Positions 57,801 to 64,000 of a stretch of DNA of 64,000 bases are shown piece by piece; within the stretch, counting starts at the first letter, position 1; every line of letters starts with the position of its first letter. Both the position numbers and the translations under genes were made by a program. The stretch is from Azolla caroliniana (Eukaryota > Plantae > Polypodiophyta): positions 62,001 to 126,000 of the forward strand of contig JBHGNT010000037.1 of assembly GCA_043228905.1 (NCBI GenBank), written 5' to 3'. The notes under the pieces were generated by a model. It had not been told where the DNA came from. It searched no databases and saw only the letters and a program-made list of their open reading frames with translations.

Positions 57801-60800
57801 AAGCTAACAACGCTAGCTTTGATATAGAATTTAAAAATCAAGATTTTGAAACTCACGTCGAAAGACATGAGGAAATTAGAATATTTGAGGAGGGAGTTGA
57901 GAAGAGCTAGTGAGTAAATTAAAATGTTCATACCTGGCTCGTGTGATATCGGATTTTTGTGTTCAAACATGCGAATCGAAGCTAACAACGCTAGCTATCA
58001 TATAGAATTAAAAAATCGAGATTTTAAAACTCAGGTCGAGAGACATGAGGAAATTAGCATATTTCAAGAAGGAGTTGAGAAGAGCCACTCAGTAAATTAA
58101 AATGTTCAGACCTGGCACGTGTGATATCGGATTTCTGTGTTCAAACATGCAAATCGAAGCTAACAAGGCTAGCTATGATATAGAATTAAAAAATCGAGAT
58201 TTTGAAACTGACGTCGAAAGACATGAGGAAATTAGCATGTTGGAGGAGGGAGTTGAGAAGAGCGAGTGAGTAAATTAAAATGGTCATACCTGGCTCGTGT
58301 GATATCGGATTTCTGTGTTCAAACATGCGAATCGAAACTAACAAGGCTAGCTATGATATAGAATTAAAAAATCAAGATTTTGAAACTCAGGTCGAGAGAT
58401 ATGCCGAAATTAGCATATTTGAGGAGGGAGTTGAGAAGAGCGTGTGAGTAAATTAAAATGGTCATACCTGGCTCGTGTGATATCGGATTTCTGTGTTCAA
58501 ACATGTAAATCGAAGCTAACAAGGCTAGCTATGATATAGAATTAAAAAATCAAGATTTTGAAACTGACGTCTAAAGACATGAGGAAATTAGCATGTTGGA
58601 GGAGGGAGTTGAGAAGAGCGAGTGAGTAAATTAAAATGGTCATACCTGGCTCGTGTGATATCGGATTTCTGTGTTCAAACATGCGAATCGAAACTAACAA
58701 GCCTAGCTATGATATAGAATTAAAAATTCGTGATTTTGAAACTCAGGTCGAGAGACATGAGGAAATTAGCATATTTGAGGAGGGAGTTGAGAAGAGCCAG
58801 TGAGTAAATTAAAATGGTCATACCTGGCTCGTGTGATATCGGATTTCTGTGTTCAAACATGCGAATCGAAACTAACAAGGCTAGCTATGATATAGAATTA
58901 AAAAATCAAGATTTTGAAACTCAGGTCGAGAGACATGAGGAAATTAGCATATTTGAGGAGGGAGTTGAGAAGAGCCAGTGAGTAAATTAAAATGGTCATA
59001 CCTGGCTCGTGTGATATCGGATTTCTCTGTTCAAACATGCGAATCGAAGCTAACAACGCTATCTATGATATAGAATTAAAAAATCGAGATTTTGAAACTC
59101 AGGTCGAGCGACATGAGGAAATTAGAATATTTGAGGAGGGAGTTGAGAAGAGCTAGTGAGTAAATTAAAATGTTCATACCTGGCACGTGTGATATCGGAT
59201 TTTTGTGTTCAAACATGCGAATCGAAGATAACAACGCTAGCTATGATATAGAATTAAATAATCGAGACTTTGAAACTCAGGTCGAGAGACATGAAGAAAT
59301 TAGAATATTTGAGGAGGGAGTTGAGAAGAGCTAGTGAGTAAATTAAAATGTTCATACCTGGCTCGTGTGATATCGGATTTTTGTGTTCAAACATGCAAAT
59401 CGAAGCTAACAACGCTAGCTATGATATAGAATTAAAAAATGGAGATTTTGAAACTCAGGTCGAGAGACATGAGGAAATTAGCATATTTGAGGAGGGAGTT
59501 GAGAAGAGCCAGTGAGTAAATTAAAATGGTCATACCTGGCTCGTGTGATATCGGATTTCTGTGTTCAAACATGCAAATCGAAGCTAACAAGGCTAGCTAT
59601 GATATAGAATTAAAAAATCGAGATTTTGAAACTGACGTCGAAAGACATGAGGAAATTAGCATGTTGGAGGAGGGAGTTGAGAAGAGCGAGTGAGTAAATT
59701 AAAATGGTCATACCTGGCTCGTGTGATATCGGATTTCTGTGTTCAAACATGCGAATCGAAGCTAACAAGGCTAGCTATGACATAGAATTAAAAAATCGAG
59801 ATTTTGAAACTCAGGTCGAGAGACATGAGGAAATTAGCATATTTGAGGAGGGAGTTGAGAAGAGCGAGTGAGTAAATTAAACTGGTCAAACCTGGCACGT
59901 GTGATATCCGATTTCTCTGTTCAAACATGCGAATCGAAGCTAACAACGCTAGCTTTGATATAGAATTTAAAAATCAAGATTTTGAAACTCACGTCGAAAG
60001 ACATGAGGAAATTAGAATATTTGAGGAGGGAGTTGAGAAGAGCTAGTGAGTAAATTAAAATGTTCATACCTGGCTCGTGTGATATCGGATTTTTGTGTTC
60101 AAACATGCGAATCGAAGCTAACAACGCTAGCTATGATATAGAATTAAAAAATTGAGATTTTGAAACTCAGGTCGAGAGACATGAGGAAATTAGCATATTT
60201 GAAGAAGGAGTTGAGAAGAGCCAGTGAGTAAATTAAAATGTTCATACCTGGCACGTCTGATATCGGATTTTTGTGTTCAAACATGCGAATCGAAGATAAG
60301 AACGCTAGCTATGATATAGAATTAAATAATCGAGATTTTGAAACTCAGGTCGAGAGACATGAAGAAATTACAATATTTGAGGAGGGAGTTGAGAAGAGCT
60401 AGTGAGTAAATTAAAATGTTCATACCTGGCTCGTGTGATATCGGATTTTTGTGTTCAAACATGCGAATCGAAGCTAACAACGCTAGCTATGATATAGAAT
60501 TAGAAGATCGAGATTTTGAAACTCAGGTCGAGAGACATGCGGAAATTAGCATATTTGAGGAGGGAGTTGAGAAGAGCGAGTGAGTAAATTAAAATGGTCA
60601 TACCTGGCTCGTTTAATATCGGATTTTTGTGTTCAAACATGCGAATCGAAGCTAACAACGCTAGCTTTGATATAGAATTTAAAAATCAAGATTTTGAAAC
60701 TCAGGTCGAGAGACATGCCGAAATTAGCATATTTGAGGAGGGAGTTGAGAAGAGCCAGTGAGTAAATTTAAATGGTCATACCTGGCTCGTATGATATCGG

Positions 60801-63653
60801 ATTTCTGTGTTCAAACATGCAAATCGAAGCTAACAAGGCTAGCTATGATATAGAATTAAAAAATCAAGATTTTGAAACTGACGTCGAAAGACATGAGGAA
60901 ATTAGCATGTTGGAGGAGGGAGTTGAGAAGAGCGAGTGAGTAAATTAAAATGGTCATACCTGGCTCGTGTGATATCGGATTTCTGTGTTCAAACATGCGA
61001 ATCGAAACTAACAAGCCTAGCTATGATATAGAATTAAAAATTCGTGATTTTGAAACTCAGGTCGAGAGACATGAGGAAATTAGCATATTTGAGGAGGGAG
61101 TTGAGAAGAGCCAGTGAGTAAATTAAAATGGTCATACCTGGCTCGTGTGATATCGGATTTCTGTGTTCAAACATGCGAATCGAAACTAACAAGGCTAGCT
61201 ATGATATAGAATTAAAAAATCGTGATTTTGAAACTCAGGTCGAGAGACATGAGGAAATTAGCATATTTGAGGAGGGAGTTGAGAAGAGCCAGTGAGTAAA
61301 TTAAAATGGTCATACCTGGCTCCTGTGATATCGGATTTCTGTGTTCAAACATGCAAATCGAAGCTAACAAGGCTAGCTATGATATAGAATTAAAAAATCG
61401 AGATTTTGAAACTCAGGTCGAGAGACATGAAGAAATTAGCATATTTGAGGAGGGAGTTGAGAAGAGCGTGTGAGTAAATTAAAATGGTCATACCTGGCTC
61501 GTGTGATATCGGATTTCTGTGTTCAAACATGCGAATCGAAGCTAACAAGGCTAGCTATGATATACAATTAAAAAATCAAGATTTTGAAACTGACGTCGAA
61601 AGACATGAGGAAATTAGCATGTTGGAGGAGGGAGTTGAGAAGAGCCAGTGAGTAAATTAAAATGGTCATACCTGGCTCGTGTGATATCGGATTTCTGTGT
61701 TCAAACATGCAAATCGAAGCTAACAAGGCTAGCTATGATATAGAATTAAAAAATCGAGATTTTGAAACTGACGTCGAAAGACATGAGGAAATTAGCATGT
61801 TGGAGGAGGGAGTTGAGAAGAGCGAGTGAGTAAATTAAAATGGTCATACCTGGCTCGTGTGATATCGGATTTCTGTGTTCAAACATGCGAATCGAAGCTA
61901 ACAAGGCTAGCTATGACATAGAATTAAAAAATCGAGATTTTGAAACTCAGGTCGAGAGACATGAGGAAATTAGCATATTTGAGGAGGGAGTTGAGAAGAG
62001 CGAGTGAGTAAATTAAACTGGTCAAACCTGGCACGTGTGATATCCGATTTCTCTGTTCAAACATGCGAATCGAAGCTAACAACGCTAGCTTTGATATAGA
62101 ATTTAAAAATCAAGATTTTGAAACTCACGTCGAAAGACATGAGGAAATTAGAATATTTGAGGAGGGAGTTGAGAAGAGCTAGTGAGTAAATTAAAATGTT
62201 CATACCTGGCTCGTGTGATATCGGATTTTTGTGTTCAAACATGCGAATCGAAGCTAACAACGCTAGCTATCATATAGAATTAAAAAAATCGAGATTTTGA
62301 AACTCAGGTCGAGAGACATGAGGAAATTAGCATATTTCAAGAAGGAGTTGAGAAGAGCCAGTCAGTAAATTAAAATGTTCAGACCTGGCACGTGTGATAT
62401 CGGATTTTTGTGTTCAAACATGCGAATCGAAGATAAGAACGCTAGCTATGATATAGAATTAAATAATCGAGATTTTGTAACTCAGGTCGAGAGACATGAA
62501 GAAATTACAATATTTGAGGAGGGAGTTGAGAAGAGCTAGTGAGTAAATTAAAATGTTCATACCTGGCTCGTGTGATATCGGATTTTTGTGTTCAAACATG
62601 CGAATCGAAGCTAACAACGCTAGCTATGATATAGAATTAAAAAATTGAGATTTTGAAACTCAGGTCGAGAGACATGAGGAAATTAGCATATTTGAGGAGG
62701 GAGTTGAGAAGAGCCAGTGAGTAAATTAAAATGGTCATACCTGGCTCGTGTGATATCGGATTTCTGTGTTCAAACATGCAAATCGAAGCTAACAAGGCTA
62801 GCTATGATATAGAATTAAAAAATCGAGATTTTGAAACTGACGTCGAAAGACATGAGGAAATTAGCATGTTGCAGGAGGGAGTTGAGAAGAGCGAGTGAGT
62901 AAATTAAAATGGTCATACCTGGCTCGTGTGATATCGGATTTCTGTGTTCAAACATGCGAATCGAAGCTAACAAGGCTAGCTATGATATAGAATTAAAAAA
63001 TCGAGATTTTGAAACTGACGTCGAAAGACATGAGGAAATTAGCATGTTGGAGGAGGGAGTTGAGAAGAGCGAGTGAGTAAATTAAAATGGTCATACCTGG
63101 CTCGTGTGATATCGGATTTCTGTGTTCAAACATGCGAATCGAAACTAACAAGGCTAGCTATGATATAGAATTAAAAAATCAAGATTTTGAAACTCAGGTC
63201 GAGAGACATGAGGGAATTAGCATATTTGAGGAGGGAGTTGAGAAGAGCTAGTGAGTAAATTAAAATGGTCATACCTGGCTCGTGTGATATCGGATTTCTC
63301 TGTTCAAACATGCGAATCGAAGCTAACAACGCTATCTATGATATAGAATTAAAAAATCGAGATTTTGAAACTCAGGTCGAGCGACATGAGGAAATTAGAA
63401 TATTTGAGGAGGGAGTTGAGAAGAGCTAGTGAGTAAATTAAAATGTTCATACCTGGCACGTGTGATATCGGATTTTTGTGTTCAAACATGCGAATCGAAG
63501 ATAACAACGCTAGCTATGATATAGAATTAAATAATCGAGACTTTGAAACTCAGGTCGAGAGACATGAAGAAATTACAATATTTGAGGAGGGAGTTGAGAA
63601 GAGCTAGTGAGTAAATTAAAATGTTCATACCTGGCTCGTGTGATATCGGATTT
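51887..63653. repeat. 35-monomer-offset (6231 bp) duplication: 51887-57422 vs 58118-63653
   Basis: tcgagagata 52161/58392, agaagatcg 54271/60502, atacaatt 55331/61562, attttgtaac 56241/62472, gggaattag 56981/63212, ORFs 53690/59921 and 55826/62057. Confidence 0.93.
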
Positions 63654-64000
63654 TTGTGTTCAAACATGCGAATCGAAGCTAACAACGCTAGCTATGATAT
63701 AGAATTAAAAAATCAAGATTTTGAAACTCAGGTCGAGAGACATGCGGAAATTAGCATATTTGAGGAGGGAGTTGAGAAGAGCGAGTGAGTAAATTAAAAT
63801 GGTCATACCTGGCTCGTTTAATATCGGATTTTCGTGTTCAAACATGCGAATCGAAGCTAACAACGCTAGCTTTCATATAGAATTTAAAAATCAAGATTTT
63901 GAAACTCAGGTCGAGAGACATGCCGAAATTAGCATATTTGAGGAGGGAGTTGAGAAGAGCCAGTGAGTAAATTTAAATGGTCATACCTGGCTCGTGTGAT

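Larger units (their letters stand above)
1..64000. repeat. Tandem satellite array, 178-bp monomer, about 359.6 copies, probably centromeric or pericentromeric
   Basis: The monomer start gaaact recurs at 1, 179, 1781 and so on to 63901 (=1+359x178-2). The -2 matches the six 1-bp deletions and four 1-bp insertions I counted. I saw no unique sequence or strand switch. A centromeric role is inferred, not shown. Confidence 0.99.

Noticed and set aside
6344-62260. Eleven near-identical 67-aa minus-strand ORFs (MLASIRMFEHK...)
   Set aside because: They lie entirely within satellite monomers, start at a non-ATG (TTG) codon and resemble no protein I know. They exist because the landmark haplotype's gaattTa substitution removes an in-frame TAA. 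They track a repeat variant, not a gene.
1-64000. CRISPR array or other repeat-spacer system
   Set aside because: There are no unique spacers. The whole 178 bp repeats with only point differences, and no cas or other genes are present.
1-64000. Embedded transposon, telomeric repeat or inversion
   Set aside because: The 178-bp phase is accounted for from base 1 to 63901, and I saw no foreign or reverse-oriented sequence.

Overview
The whole 64 kb window is one uninterrupted head-to-tail satellite array with a 178-bp monomer (monomer 1 is about 39% GC). It holds 359 complete monomers plus a 100-bp partial one, all in the same orientation. I found no genes, RNA genes, transposon fragments or CRISPR spacers. 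Monomer length, homogeneity and higher-order structure fit eukaryotic centromeric or pericentromeric satellite DNA, but I do not recognise the family or species. The informative signal is in the variant pattern: two co-segregating monomer subtypes, a 7-mer higher-order repeat (HOR) with 5- and 6-mer variants, four near-identical copies of a 14-mer (2492 bp) HOR, and multi-kb duplications at 35-, 55- and 90-monomer offsets. There are also exact whole-monomer gains or losses, a more diverged island near 16.7-18.4 kb, and a recurrent landmark monomer that explains all 11 listed ORFs. All offsets were measured by eye from diagnostic variants, so breakpoints are approximate. I see no support for a new gene-based system.
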